From: an uncultured Chlamydiae bacterium
GTDB taxonomy: Bacteria; Chlamydiota; Chlamydiia; Chlamydiales; JAJFMA01
DNA length: 64,000 nucleotides
Assembly (NCBI GenBank): GCA_963713615.1
Contig: CAVQMM010000001.1
Span: forward strand, 2,336,001-2,400,000
Direction: 5' to 3'
The position numbers were made by a program, and so were the translations under genes. Under the pieces are notes generated by a model. The model worked only from the letters and a program-made list of their open reading frames with translations, did no database searches and was not told where the DNA came from. Below are positions 30,869-42,056 of the stretch, piece after piece; the stretch's first letter is position 1, and every line of letters begins with the position of its first letter.

Positions 30869-32690
30869 TTATTCCGTGTGGTCCACAATCTGCTTCAGAA
30901 TGTCTCTTTGTTCGGTTTGTCTTTTTATATCGGAAGGCCATTTTTTTTCAATAAGAGCCTGTTGTTGACGCGGATCTAGATCAGCCCAATCTTTGATATA
31001 ACTTGAGGGATTATCAATTTTACTTTGATGTTGAGATATTTGCTTTTCCAATTTTGCAATCCCTTTCCTAAGCTCCTCGATGGATCGTGAAACGTTGTTA
31101 TTCAAAAATCCAGCATGCCGCCCCCCTTCCTTGGCAATACGAAATGCCTCATTAATGACAGTCGCGTCCATGGAGTCTTTTCCTATAGACGTAGAAGTAA
31201 GCTGTTCAATTGGGTTAAAAAGACCTTTCGAATGAGCTATCGTTCTTGCCACAACGCCTTCAAGCTTGGTAGCAAGGGGTTTAATCAGGGTAACATTTTT
31301 TATTGCGGCATATCCAGCCCGCATCCCCTTCCACATCAGGTTCTCAGCGGCAGCAAAAGGTATCATGCATGTCGATAATTCTATCACCTCATGTTGTCCA
31401 TCAGAGCCCAAAGCATTCCATTGCCTGTTAATGGCCTCGTAATCCCTCGATATCACCGCCTCGGCAAATGCACGCCGATCTTCGTCTCTTTTTCGAGCCT
31501 CAGCACGTTGAAGTGCTCTATTCTCTCGAAATGATCGCCACGATCTATAAACGTTAGCACACCAACGCCCACAATTCCGAATTCCTTGCCCCATGCTTCG
31601 CACATTGTCTCTAGTTGAAAATCGTTCGCGCACGCTCCAAAGCCCCCAAGGATCAATGAGGGTTAATGGGCGGTTATGGACATAGGCATAGAGATTGGGT
31701 CCATCAGCGTAGCCCTGAGGGTCGGGAGTCAACCAACGCCCTAGATTACGGTCGTAGTCGCGTCGACCAAACTGAAATAGGTCCGTATGCGCATCTAAAC
31801 GCTTACTTGCAAAGAGCCAGGGATTGCCTACCAAGGATTGGTCTAAAGAAATGCCTTGATGGTCATAAAGAACGAATTTCACCAAAGGCAGTATAGCAAT
31901 ACCCTTCTACAACGTTGCCGGTTGTGCTGTCTATCAAGCAGCACACGTTGCCGCGATGATCGTGAATGGGTGCATAGATTTGCCCACGGAGTTCTAAAGC
32001 GATAGCAGCGCCAAGTTCGGCTCCTCGTCCGTGACCCAATACACGCAATTGATCGATATGCCCCTCACGAAGCATCCCAATCTCTTTTTGCCCTTGATAC
32101 AAGTAAGAGACCGTTTCAGATTCGTTCCACTCACCATTCCAGGTACAAAGGGTTCGCGTCAGGCGTCTGCCAAACGCATCATAGCTGTAACGAACTTGCC
32201 AAGCGTTTGGCTGCTCAGCAACAATCAGGCGATTTAAGGCATCATAGACATACTGGGTTGAGGCTTGCGGCGCATCCTTTCGGATGCGATTACCATTTAA
32301 GTCATATGCATAGCTGGTCATTGAATCCGATGTAATCTGGTTTAAGCCATTCACTGCATAGGGTTGCATGTCCTTTTGGAGGCGATTTTGCAGCGAATCA
32401 TAAGCATACGTATGCGTCAAAGGCCCATCTTCGCCGATTAACTGATAGAGGTCATCGTAGTGATAATTCTCAGTAATCGCCCCAAAAATGTCTTTCTTGT
32501 GAATACAACGCAGATTTCCTACGCCGTCGTACCCATCTGGAGGAATTTGTTGAGACCAAGCCTTGGTGATGATTTGAGTGTTACGTCCAAGAGCATCCCA
32601 CACGCGTTGCTGCTGACCTGCCAGCCCGATCAGCTGCGCAGCAAGTTCACGTCCAGCCAAATCGTAATTCAAGTACTGATGCTGATATGC
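30869..32690 (-). pseudogene. Orphan Rhs core fragment plus helical toxin tip
   Basis: Core nearly identical to 57400-58390; +1 frameshift near 31875; YAYVHNRPLTLIDPWG followed by a distinct C-terminus. Confidence 0.85.
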
Positions 32691-32837
32691 AACGGGTAGA
32701 AATTAGAAAAAGTTAAGTTTTTTAATTTTTTCACGGCCACGTTGTAGTGCGAAAGACTTGTGACTATAACCAGGGTTTGCTAGCGCTTCGCGCTTTAGCA
32801 ACATTGGCTACCTGCAGGTTGAGGATAGCGCTTTAAA

Positions 32838-32964
32838 GGTCAGACGTGACTTATTGACTTCTCATCCGAAATTCAGCTCGATCTTTCATTCAAGGTCTCT
32901 AGTACAATGAACAAGTCAACAACTCACCTCTGACCCCTAGCAACAACTCACCTCTGACCCCTAG
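32838..32964. repeat. Palindromic element C with a tandemly duplicated 24-bp end
   Basis: Imperfect GGTCAGACGTGACTTATTGACTT...AAGTCAACAACTCACCTCTGACC hairpin; CAACAACTCACCTCTGACCCCTAG twice at 32917-32964. Confidence 0.7.
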
Positions 32965-33700
32965 CATCGTCCCTTGCTCAAAGGAGTGCCGATGTGTTTC
33001 CTGCGTTTGGTCGATACAATCCCTGATAGCACACTTTTCCTCGGATGGACATTCTGAATCCCATAGTCCTATATCGCAGAAGCAATCGCAGAAGCTATGA
33101 CAAACGGACAACCCAAAATCTGCTATACCGGCACATATCCCCTTACAAGCACTTGATGCACGGGAGTTTGAATAAGTGGACTCCCTTTGAACGTTATCAC
33201 CGCGTGATTCCCTGTTCTTTGAAGTGCTGGTCTTTCGCCCACTGTCCGCCGCTTTATTTCGGTCATACAAAGCACTGAGTCCCCAAAGATCCAAGAGGGT
33301 CAACGGATTATTGTGCACATAAGTATAGAGGTTAGGTCCGTCTGAAAAGCCCTGCGGATCGGGTGTTAGCCAGCGTCCTATCGAAGTATCGTAGTCGCGC
33401 TTGCCAAATTGGAATAACCCTGTATGCGAATCGAGGCGCTTACTAGCGAATAGCCATGGGTTAGCGATTGTTGAATGCGCTTGAGCAACATTGGCGGAAT
33501 CGTAAATTTTAAGTTCCCCAAATGCACTATAACGATAGCTTTCAACGGCAATGCCTGTTTCACTGTCCACAAGGCAGCAGACGTTTCCTCGATGGTCATG
33601 GATAGGCGCATATACTTTCTGATTTAGCTCTAATGCAATGGCAGCGCCGAGCTCGGCTCCCTTCCCACTTCCCAGCCTCTGAGCTGAATAATATGGTCAT
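32965..33700 (-). pseudogene. Truncated duplicate of the Rhs core end and linker
   Basis: Nearly identical to about 34713-35450; stops at EQGTM. Confidence 0.85.
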
Positions 33701-33831
33701 TTTATGTCATGATTAGCCACGACTTCGTGTAAACAATCTTATACGAGTATTGCTCTGCGTACAAGTTTGGACCGCACCCATTGAAGGTACAAAATTTGAC
33801 AATGAATACCGGTGCTAATAAGCGGCTCGAA

Positions 33832-34188
33832 TCAACACCCTACGTCTGACCCCTCGCCCCTCGCCCTTTGTAAGGACGAGTTGATGAGTTCCGGTTTATG
33901 AGCCATGATAAAACCAAATACTATTTTCTGAGCGAAAGGAATCATTTTTCGAAACTGACTTTCGAAAAACCGATTCAGACCAACAGATATTTCACCTATC
34001 GATTCCGCACAATTATCTATTATCAGGTCATCTTCATCAGGATTTGAAGCTACTTTTGTAAGAGCTTCTAAAGCTCGTAAATCCTTATATTCCCTAAGGT
34101 CAATAGCAGCATCGCTTCGTTCATCTTCTCTAGCCGATTTATCTAGTAAGATATCTATTAATAATTGAGTTCGATCTTTCATTTTCAC
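33832..34188 (-). CDS. Putative immunity protein (HEAT-like helical)
   Basis: 4-bp start/stop overlap with the toxin ORF; AT-rich; ER.DAA..L....D.RALEAL pattern. Confidence 0.72.
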   Translation of the reverse strand: MKMKDRTQLLIDILLDKSAREDERSDAAIDLREYKDLRALEALTKVASNPDEDDLIIDNCAESIGEISVGLNRFFESQFRKMIPFAQKIVFGFIMAHKPELINSSLQRARGEGSDVGC

Positions 34189-36779
34189 CTTGTATAGTCA
34201 AGTTCTAGAGGTAAATGAGAGCCAACCCGCCAATTTCCAATCTCTCCAGAAAACGGGTTTATATAACTTTGGCCCAACTTATCAGTTAACAACCTCGCAT
34301 CAAACCTTGGAATATTGCTTTCTTGATGAAGACCACTGCGAATACTAGCTTCAGGCTTTATGACAAGTCGCCATTCTAGTTTTCCGTCTACACAAACACC
34401 CCATTTTTCTGGTGCTCCTTGGGGATTTGGCAGTTTTTCCCATCCTTTGCTCTTGGCCCAGCCGCGTAGTATGCGAATATTGTTTTGGGCGGTGGGGGAA
34501 AGCTGGCTGGCATTGAAGTGAAAGCGGTTTAAAGTTACTGGCAACTTTGGTAACGCTGTAGAGACCCCTCTTATAGCGAATTTTCCAACAGACCAACCTA
34601 ACTTTGCTAAACCCCATCCACCCGATACTAGGGCTGCTGCCTCACAAGCCATTGTAGCACCATAGCGATAATTTTGATAAGTCATATCGGAGGGATCAAC
34701 ACCCAAGAAATTCATCGTCCCTTGCTCAAAGGATTGCCGATGTGTTTCCTGCGTTTGGTCGATACAATCCCTAATAGCACACTTTTCCTCGGATGGACAT
34801 TCTGAATCCCATAGTCCAACATTGCAGAAACAATCGCAGAAGCTATGACAAACGGACAACCCAAAATCTGCTATACCGGCACATATCCCCTTACAAGCAC
34901 TTGATGCACGGGAGTTTGAATAAGTGGACTCCCTTTGAACGTTATCACCGCGTGATTCCCTGTTCTTTGAAGTGCTGGTCTTTCGCCCACTGTCCGCCGC
35001 TTTATTTCGGTCATACAAAGCACTGAGTCCCCAAAGATCCAAGAGGGTCAATGGATTATTGTGCACATAAGCATAGAGGTTGGGTCCGTCTGAAAAGCCT
35101 TGTGGATCGGGTGTTAGCCAGCGTCCTATCGAAGTGTCGTAGTCGCGCTTGCCAAATTGGAACAACCCTGTATGTGAATCGAGACGCTTACTAGCGAATA
35201 GCCATGGGTTAGCGATTGTAGAGTACGCTTGAGCAACATTGGCGGAATCGTAAATTTTAAGTTCCCCAAATGCACTATAACGATAGCTTTCAACGGCAAT
35301 GCCTGTTTCACTGTCCACAAGGCAGCAGACGTTTCCTCTATGGTCATGAATAGGCGCATAGACTTTCTGATTTAGCTCTAATGCAATGGCAGCGCCGAGC
35401 TCGGCTCCTTTCCCATTTCCCAGTACTCTGAGCTGAATGATATGGCCATTCTCCATGGCTCCAATTTCCTTCTGGCCCTGATAGAGATAGGAAGTGGTTT
35501 GAGGGTCAGACCAGCCATTAATATTCCAGGTCGAAAGAGTGCGCGCTAAACGCCTTCCGAATGTGTCGTAGCTATAAGTTACCCGCCATTTCTGGCGTTG
35601 TTCTACGGAGGTCAAGCGGTTCAGTGCGTCATAGATATAGTGGGTCGTCGTGTCAGCTTCAGTTTTTCCTATCCGATTTCCATCCAGGTCATACTCATAG
35701 CGAGCTTCTGAACAGGAGAGTGTTTGATTTAATTCATTCACAGAATAGGGTTCAGCATCTTTTTGCCGTCTGTTTTGCAAGGAATCGTAAGCATAGGTGT
35801 GTGCTAAAGGTCCCTCTTCTGCAACTAGCTGGTAGAGATCGTCATAGTGATAATGTTCTTCTGCATGACCGAGAGGGTCTTTCTTGTAAATGTGGCTTAG
35901 GTTGCCTACAGGGTCAAAGCCATTCTCTGGAATATCTTGAGACCAGAAGGGGGTTTCTATTTTGGTATTGTGTCCTAACGCATCCCACTGCCTTGTCTGG
36001 TGACCAGCTTTCCCTATGAGCTGTGAGGCTAGTTCTCGTCCAACCAAATCATAATCCAAGTAGGCATGTTCGTAGAGCAGACGACCTTCAGGGTCGAACC
36101 GACTCACTTTGCTAAGCTCTAGACCATGGTAGGAATATTCAATGCTTCCTAAATCGGGCAGAGTCACGTGAGTGAGGCGTTCGAGATTATCATAGCGATA
36201 TCTAAAACATGTTTCGTTCGCCAATTTTTCAAAAATAAGATGGTTCCAAGCGTCATATTCACGCCTGGTAGATTTCTGTGAGCACAGGTCCGTGGTGGTA
36301 ATGGGATTATTGTGCAGGTCATAAGTATAGTGATAATCAATCGTTCCATCCGAAGAGGTTAGCGTGGCTAGACGACCTAGTGAGTCGTATTGGTGATGCA
36401 GGGTGATGCCATCGGGTTTTGTGAGGGTTTGCAGCCTACCCACGGAGTCGTAAGTATAGTTGGTGACTTTCGATAAAGCTCCTCCTTGCTCAGTCATTTT
36501 TAACGGACGCTGCATACTGTCATAACACCAGCTGATGATGTAGTCATGAGAGGGCTGTCCGAAGGTAATGACTTTTTCACGTTGGCGTACTTTCTCTCCA
36601 GTGGGGCTGTAGCAGACTTCTTGCAGAGCGGTCGTTAAGCCTTTGGTGATACTGGCTCCTGCAGTCGCGCCAGCACCATTACGGTCGTATAGGGTGGCCT
36701 CAAGCCCCCAGGGATCAAAGAGTGTTAAGGGTGAGTTGTGGACATAAGCATAGAGGTTTGGGCCATCCACAAAGCCCAT
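34185..36779 (-). CDS. Chimeric orphan Rhs core plus toxin tip
   Basis: YD repeats; two core-end motifs (DPWG at the start, DLWG later); distinct C-terminus; no N-terminal domain. Confidence 0.85.
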   Translation of the reverse strand: MGFVDGPNLYAYVHNSPLTLFDPWGLEATLYDRNGAGATAGASITKGLTTALQEVCYSPTGEKVRQREKVITFGQPSHDYIISWCYDSMQRPLKMTEQGGALSKVTNYTYDSVGRLQTLTKPDGITLHHQYDSLGRLATLTSSDGTIDYHYTYDLHNNPITTTDLCSQKSTRREYDAWNHLIFEKLANETCFRYRYDNLERLTHVTLPDLGSIEYSYHGLELSKVSRFDPEGRLLYEHAYLDYDLVGRELASQLIGKAGHQTRQWDALGHNTKIETPFWSQDIPENGFDPVGNLSHIYKKDPLGHAEEHYHYDDLYQLVAEEGPLAHTYAYDSLQNRRQKDAEPYSVNELNQTLSCSEARYEYDLDGNRIGKTEADTTTHYIYDALNRLTSVEQRQKWRVTYSYDTFGRRLARTLSTWNINGWSDPQTTSYLYQGQKEIGAMENGHIIQLRVLGNGKGAELGAAIALELNQKVYAPIHDHRGNVCCLVDSETGIAVESYRYSAFGELKIYDSANVAQAYSTIANPWLFASKRLDSHTGLFQFGKRDYDTSIGRWLTPDPQGFSDGPNLYAYVHNNPLTLLDLWGLSALYDRNKAADSGRKTSTSKNRESRGDNVQRESTYSNSRASSACKGICAGIADFGLSVCHSFCDCFCNVGLWDSECPSEEKCAIRDCIDQTQETHRQSFEQGTMNFLGVDPSDMTYQNYRYGATMACEAAALVSGGWGLAKLGWSVGKFAIRGVSTALPKLPVTLNRFHFNASQLSPTAQNNIRILRGWAKSKGWEKLPNPQGAPEKWGVCVDGKLEWRLVIKPEASIRSGLHQESNIPRFDARLLTDKLGQSYINPFSGEIGNWRVGSHLPLELDYTR

Positions 36780-37102
36780 AGGATCGGGGGTTAACCAACG
36801 TCCTAGGTTACTGTCATAGTCGCGTTTACCAAACTGAAATAGACCGGTATGTGGGTCTAGCCGTTTGCTAGAAAAATACCACGGGTTGCCAACTTGGTTG
36901 GTCTAGCATTTGTCCATATTGGTCATAAAGAGATCGTTCGCCAAAAGCCGTATAGCGGTATCCTTCGGACAGTTGGCCTGTTGCGTTATCCATGAGGCAG
37001 CATACATTGCCTCGATGATCGTGAAGGGGTGCAAAGATGCGTCCCTCAAGTTCTATCGCAATAGCAGCTCCTAATTCCGCTCCTTTACCATGCCCCAATA
37101 CA
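36780..37102 (-). pseudogene. Rhs core fragment, 3' side of the IS66 insertion
   Basis: VLGHGKGAELGAAIAIEL..HDHRGNV; continues from 42920-43340. Confidence 0.8.
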
Positions 37103-37190
37103 GTAAGCGTCAATGCTAGCCATATTTCGGTCGTTGATGTAATCAGCTAATGTGCCTTCAAAGTTAGGTAACACTTTGGAGGTAGGTCTG

Positions 37191-37505
37191 ATGAAAGAGA
37201 GAGATAAAGTTCGTGCGGAGCAGTGGGCAAAAACAATCCAGGAGTGGACTAAAAGCGGAAAGAGCGCCTCCTCTTGGTGTCGAGAGCAAAGTCTTTCTTA
37301 TGCCACGTTCAATTATTGGAAAAAACGATTTTTAAGCAATCAGTCGAAAAATCAGCCTGTGCATAAACCATGTAAGGAGTTACCAGAGGGCTGGTCTATA
37401 CCCGATTGGCTGCAGATGAATTTTCGAGGAGGCAAACTATCTCTGGCAAAAGATTATGACCGCACAGCTCTTCTGATGTGTCTTAGACTGTTTGAGGAGT
37501 CTTGA
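37191..37505 (+). CDS. tnpA: IS66 accessory protein TnpA
   Basis: W..SGKS...WC......TF.YW; RBS GGAGG before ATG 37191. Confidence 0.85.
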   Translation: MKERDKVRAEQWAKTIQEWTKSGKSASSWCREQSLSYATFNYWKKRFLSNQSKNQPVHKPCKELPEGWSIPDWLQMNFRGGKLSLAKDYDRTALLMCLRLFEES

Positions 37506-37840
37506 TGCTGACTTATCCAGGGAATGCGCGAATCTTCATTTTTCGTGAGACAACCGATTTAAGAAAGGGTTTTGAAGGCCTCTGCGCCTTAGTTGAGAGA
37601 GCTTTCGGCAGTGATGAGCTGATTAGTGGCGCCTTCTTTTCCTTTCTTAACCGTCGAAGAGATCGCATTAAAATACTCTATTGGGATAGTGATGGTTTTG
37701 CCATCTGGTATAAACGTCTTGAGCGGGGAAGCTTCCCTAAGAGAAAATTGGAAGAGGCCTTAGTTGATCGAAGGACCTTTTTGATGATGTTGGAAGGCGT
37801 CGTTCCGAAACGACTGCAAAAGCGTTTCAAGATAGTGTGA
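37505..37840 (+). CDS. tnpB: IS66 accessory protein TnpB
   Basis: DLRKGFEGL, FLNRRRD and YWDSDGF..WYKRLE motifs; TGATG coupling to tnpA. Confidence 0.9.
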   Translation: MLTYPGNARIFIFRETTDLRKGFEGLCALVERAFGSDELISGAFFSFLNRRRDRIKILYWDSDGFAIWYKRLERGSFPKRKLEEALVDRRTFLMMLEGVVPKRLQKRFKIV

Positions 37841-37888
37841 AAATGCATTTTTTGCATTCACATAAATTCATATTTTGAGTACAATGAT

Positions 37889-39469
37889 GTGCATATGGCA
37901 CCTACAACACGTACTCTCCAAGATCTGATTGCCGAAAGCGCTCGTAAGGACAGCATAATCGAGCAGCTACAGAATGAGCTGACTTATCTCAAGGAGCAAT
38001 TGGATTGGCTAAAAAGGCAGGTTTTTGGACAACGTGCCGAAAAATTTGTAGACCCAGTCAACGAAAGTCAACCCTTCTTACCCGGTTTTGAACCACCTAA
38101 GAATGTGAAACCGGAAAAGAAAACAACCATTCCTGCTCATGAGCGCCGACAACTCAAGCGTACTGGTAAAGACAAAATCACACTGCCCCCAGACCTACCC
38201 GTAGAACGTCAAATAATCGATCTACCGGAATCTGAAAAGATCTGTCCTGAGACTGGTCAGCAACTGATCAAGATCGGTGAAGAAGTCAGTCAAAAACTGG
38301 CTCATAAGCCAGGAAGCTATTTTATCAAAGAAATCATCCGGCCAAAATATGCTCTTCCTCAAGACAGTGAAGGTGGAATCCGAACTGCTCCCCTTCCAGA
38401 AGGTTTGCTTACGCGTTGTCAAGCAGATGAGAGCTTTTTAGCAGACATTTTAACAAAGAAATTTGCCGACCATCTACCGCTCTATAGAATTTCAGAAATT
38501 CTTGCTAGGGAAGGAATTGGGATCAGCAGGCAAGTCCTTTGTAATTGGGTTGTACGCTGTGGACAGGCATTAAAACCTCTTCATGAGGAACTAACAAAGC
38601 AAATTTTGCAAAGCGGAAATGTGTTTATCGATGAAAGTCCTGTGGATATGCTTTCTCCGGGAAAGGGCAAAGTCCATCAAGCTTACATGTGGGTGTTGGT
38701 TGGGGGCAAACATACGAACCCAGCCTATAGAGTCTACAATTTTCGGACGAACCGCAAACATGAAAATGCCTCGGAAATACTTGCAGGGTATACCGGAGTG
38801 GTACATTCAGATAAATATGGGGCTTATATTGATCTGGCAAATAAGAAGAAAATCATTTTATGTCCCTGCTGGTCGCATATTCGCAGAAAATTCATAGAGG
38901 CGGAAACTGGAGATCCCCCATTTCGCAAATGGGTTTTACGAAAGATTCGCTACCTCTTTATGCTAGAAAGAATTGCTTGGGCACGCTCTGAAGAAGAGCG
39001 ATTACGCATACGGCAGCTGAAAGAGGGGCCGATTATAGACGAGCTAATCAACGCCATCAAAAAACGTCTATCCGAAGGAAAAGTCCTGCCTAAATCCAAA
39101 TTTCGAGAAGCTCTAGGGTATTTTTTAGGTCTGATTCCTCATCTAAAAAACTACTTAAACCATCCATACGCACGCCTAGATAACAATGTAGCCGAACGTG
39201 CAGTTCGTCCATTGGCAATTGGCCGCAAGAATTGGCTATTTATTGGCAATGAAGAAGGGGGCGAAGCCGCAGCGGTAATACTGTCTTTAGTTCAAACCTG
39301 CCGGAATCTGGGAATAAACCCTCGAGACTATCTTGAAGATGTCATGCGTAGACTAATGAGTCACAGCTCACAAAAACTTTACGAACTACTACCAGATCAA
39401 TGGGCTAAATCACAGCAGGACCCTTCTGGCAATTCTTTTGAGAATTTCAAATCGGCTGTATCCCACTAA
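37889..39469 (+). CDS. tnpC: IS66 transposase TnpC
   Basis: DHLPLYR, CWSHIRRKF, DNNVAERAVRP and C-terminal LLP motifs. Confidence 0.93.
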   Translation: MHMAPTTRTLQDLIAESARKDSIIEQLQNELTYLKEQLDWLKRQVFGQRAEKFVDPVNESQPFLPGFEPPKNVKPEKKTTIPAHERRQLKRTGKDKITLPPDLPVERQIIDLPESEKICPETGQQLIKIGEEVSQKLAHKPGSYFIKEIIRPKYALPQDSEGGIRTAPLPEGLLTRCQADESFLADILTKKFADHLPLYRISEILAREGIGISRQVLCNWVVRCGQALKPLHEELTKQILQSGNVFIDESPVDMLSPGKGKVHQAYMWVLVGGKHTNPAYRVYNFRTNRKHENASEILAGYTGVVHSDKYGAYIDLANKKKIILCPCWSHIRRKFIEAETGDPPFRKWVLRKIRYLFMLERIAWARSEEERLRIRQLKEGPIIDELINAIKKRLSEGKVLPKSKFREALGYFLGLIPHLKNYLNHPYARLDNNVAERAVRPLAIGRKNWLFIGNEEGGEAAAVILSLVQTCRNLGINPRDYLEDVMRRLMSHSSQKLYELLPDQWAKSQQDPSGNSFENFKSAVSH

Positions 39470-39501
39470 AAAAACATTCAGGGCCAGCCAAGGGGCATTC
39501 A

Positions 39502-39816
39502 TTATAATCGTTTTAATGTTTGAAGGCAGCGTAGAAAGACCTGATCATCAAAGTCCGGGAATAGTCGAATAACGACGTCAGCGCAGGCAACCTCAATGTA
39601 GTTTTGCGCAGGTTTTGGCGATTCGACCAGTTCTACAAAGGAAGGAGATTTGCGTTGGCATTTTTTTTGTTTGCGGACTGGCAGTGTTTGTCGCCAATGA
39701 GCAAGGGTTGTATAGGAAATTCCCATCTCTTGGCACCATTTTGGAGCACTTTTACCACTAACTCGCCATTCATGTAACAATTGTTTGCGTTGCTTTAAGG
39801 TATATTTCTTTTTCAT
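39502..39816 (-). CDS. Second TnpA-like HTH protein inside the outer IS66
   Basis: W..SGKS...WC...GI...TL..W and FVEL..IEV pattern. Confidence 0.75.
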   Translation of the reverse strand: MKKKYTLKQRKQLLHEWRVSGKSAPKWCQEMGISYTTLAHWRQTLPVRKQKKCQRKSPSFVELVESPKPAQNYIEVACADVVIRLFPDFDDQVFLRCLQTLKRL

Positions 39817-39987
39817 AAGCCTTCCATACTTTTAAAAAAAGTGCTTTTAGGCGTCTCGAAAGATAGATAGGCCTAATACACGCCCACTTTTGACTGTTGA
39901 CTTGGAAGGCGTGTCCCTCCCGTGAGCGTGCGTGAAATAAAATATTCCGCCATGGCATGATACCCCTCATTAACGTAGGAGGGTATC

Positions 39988-40404
39988 ATGTCCTATCTGG
40001 ATAAATTGGCTAAAGTCGAGGCACTCCTTCAACGTGCTTCCTCTGAGGGAGAACGCCATGCAGCCGAGCTTGCCAAGCAACGAATCTTAGCCAGAATTTC
40101 CGATATACACACCAGTCGGCTCATCGAGTACAAGATCTCTCTGGATAGTCCATGGAAAAGACGGCTCTTTGCAACGCTCTGCTCCAAACATGGTTATAAA
40201 ACCTATCGATATGCACGCCAAAAGCGCACTACAGCTCATGTGATGATTTCTAAAAATTTGATGGAAGAGGTGCTTTGGCCTGAATTTTTGCGGTATGCAA
40301 AAATTCTGGAAGAACTCGTCGAGGAGATCTTAAAGGACTTAACGGCCAAGATCCATCATGTGGAAGAGGAAGAGTTAGAAATTGCTGGCGAGATCGCACA
40401 TTAA
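39988..40404 (+). CDS. Passenger hypothetical protein (DUF2786-like N-terminus)
   Basis: Strong RBS AGGAGGG; DKLAKV.ALL..A..EGE..AA pattern. Confidence 0.7.
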   Translation: MSYLDKLAKVEALLQRASSEGERHAAELAKQRILARISDIHTSRLIEYKISLDSPWKRRLFATLCSKHGYKTYRYARQKRTTAHVMISKNLMEEVLWPEFLRYAKILEELVEEILKDLTAKIHHVEEEELEIAGEIAH

Positions 40405-42014
40405 GGAGGAGCAAGATTGTGTGAATAATTCCAGGGCAACCAAGCCTTGGGATCCTCTAAAGCACTTTCAGTATTCTTTTGGATTGCTGTGAGATAGTTA
40501 TAGGGATTGATCTTATTTAGAGCGCAGGTTTCGATGACACTCATCAGAATATCAGCAATTTTGGCTCCAGTTTCATTTTTGAAAAAATAGGCGTTCTTAC
40601 GGTTAAGTACGGCCCTTTTGAGTTGACGCTCGTTGTCATTGTTTGAGACTGGAACTCCAGGAATACGTAAGAACAGTGTCAGCCCCTCCCAGTGATTATC
40701 AAGATATTGAATAGCCTTCCCAAAACTGCTATTGGGCTCTATTTGCTTGGAGTCTATAAGATCTTTGCAATAGGCTCTCATTTTGTTCATGATCGGAGCA
40801 CTTTTGTCTTGATGCCACTTTAGTCTATCTTCAGGAGCCAGTCTTTCTTTTTTTGCTATTTTGTCGTTCAGAAACACTAAGTCAAAGGATGAGACTACAT
40901 TTACGCACTCATTAGGCCAGTGCGATGCAATCTCATAGAAATTACGTCGTGCATGGGCATTACAATAGGCTAGTTGAGTCGAGTAATTCTTTGGAATGTT
41001 CCTTGATAGAGCATCGCAAGCTTGTATGGGTACTGGAAGAGCCTCGTCACGCATATCTAAAAGATCTTTTAAATTTTCTCCTGCGTGCTGTCTTCCAGTA
41101 AAAAACAAGGCGATCTCTTTGTCGTGTGCTTTTCCAAGAATGCCTGTTGTGAATATTCCCTTCCTTTCTGGATTGGCTACTTCATTTTCCTTCATAAGGC
41201 TAAGCACTCTTGCTATCGTATCGTCGTTATGAAGGCATTCACAGTTGGCGGCGAGTTGGCAAAGTTCTATGAAAACGGGCTCCATACACTCTGCAACATC
41301 ATGGGTCATGCCCCAAATTTCTGTATCTGAAATAGGGTTGCCCAAAATGGTCTGTATTTGCTCTTGACGATAGAAGGGCATGCCACCGCGATATTTAAGA
41401 ATCGAGACAATAGCCTTAGCTGACTTATCGACTCTTGACTCTTTGTAAAGCTCTTCGGGTAGTCTAGCGGTGAACACCTGTTGACAAATAGGACAGCGAA
41501 GTCTTTCAGGTTTGTAAATATGCACATTTAACCAGGGTTGCCCCACAATGCGAAGCACCGTTCCGGCAGCCAGATTGAATAATTTGCCTTTATCACACGC
41601 AGGACAGGTAGAGCCCTTTTTAAGGACCTCGTGGGCTACTTTTATGAGCTGCGCTTCTTGATAATCGCTTGCTGGTCGATGCCCGTGCCCTTTTGCCGGA
41701 CCTGCATCAGAAGGCTTCTCGTTTGAAGTATCCTCAGAAGTGTTCTTCCCTTTCTCGCTTCCATTTTTTTTTGGTCGCAGTAGATTCTTTAACTTCTGTG
41801 CGCTTTCCGTCTTTATTCCGAATACAGCTTTGAGCCTTGCAATACTCAAAGACTGCTCTCGAAGAGATCCCTCCATCCATATCATTGCCCTCACAAGATC
41901 GGCAAGCAAGGGAAAATCGTCTACATCAAGGGATTGACTCTCGATCCTCTGAATGAGGGATTCAATCTCTTCTGTAGTAAAATCTATGCGTTTAGGTCGC
42001 TTTACCATCTTCAA
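40401..42014 (-). CDS. tnpC: IS66-family transposase, divergent type
   Basis: CPAC/CPIC, PFYRQE, CNAHARRNF and NNDNERQLK motifs. Confidence 0.88.
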   Translation of the reverse strand: MKMVKRPKRIDFTTEEIESLIQRIESQSLDVDDFPLLADLVRAMIWMEGSLREQSLSIARLKAVFGIKTESAQKLKNLLRPKKNGSEKGKNTSEDTSNEKPSDAGPAKGHGHRPASDYQEAQLIKVAHEVLKKGSTCPACDKGKLFNLAAGTVLRIVGQPWLNVHIYKPERLRCPICQQVFTARLPEELYKESRVDKSAKAIVSILKYRGGMPFYRQEQIQTILGNPISDTEIWGMTHDVAECMEPVFIELCQLAANCECLHNDDTIARVLSLMKENEVANPERKGIFTTGILGKAHDKEIALFFTGRQHAGENLKDLLDMRDEALPVPIQACDALSRNIPKNYSTQLAYCNAHARRNFYEIASHWPNECVNVVSSFDLVFLNDKIAKKERLAPEDRLKWHQDKSAPIMNKMRAYCKDLIDSKQIEPNSSFGKAIQYLDNHWEGLTLFLRIPGVPVSNNDNERQLKRAVLNRKNAYFFKNETGAKIADILMSVIETCALNKINPYNYLTAIQKNTESALEDPKAWLPWNYSHNLAPP

Positions 42015-42056
42015 CTATCCCCAGGGCATCTATTTGAAAATAAAAAAACAATATTG

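Noticed and set aside
32917..32964. CRISPR-like 24-bp repeats
   Set aside because: Two adjacent copies with no spacer; a tandem duplication of a palindrome end.
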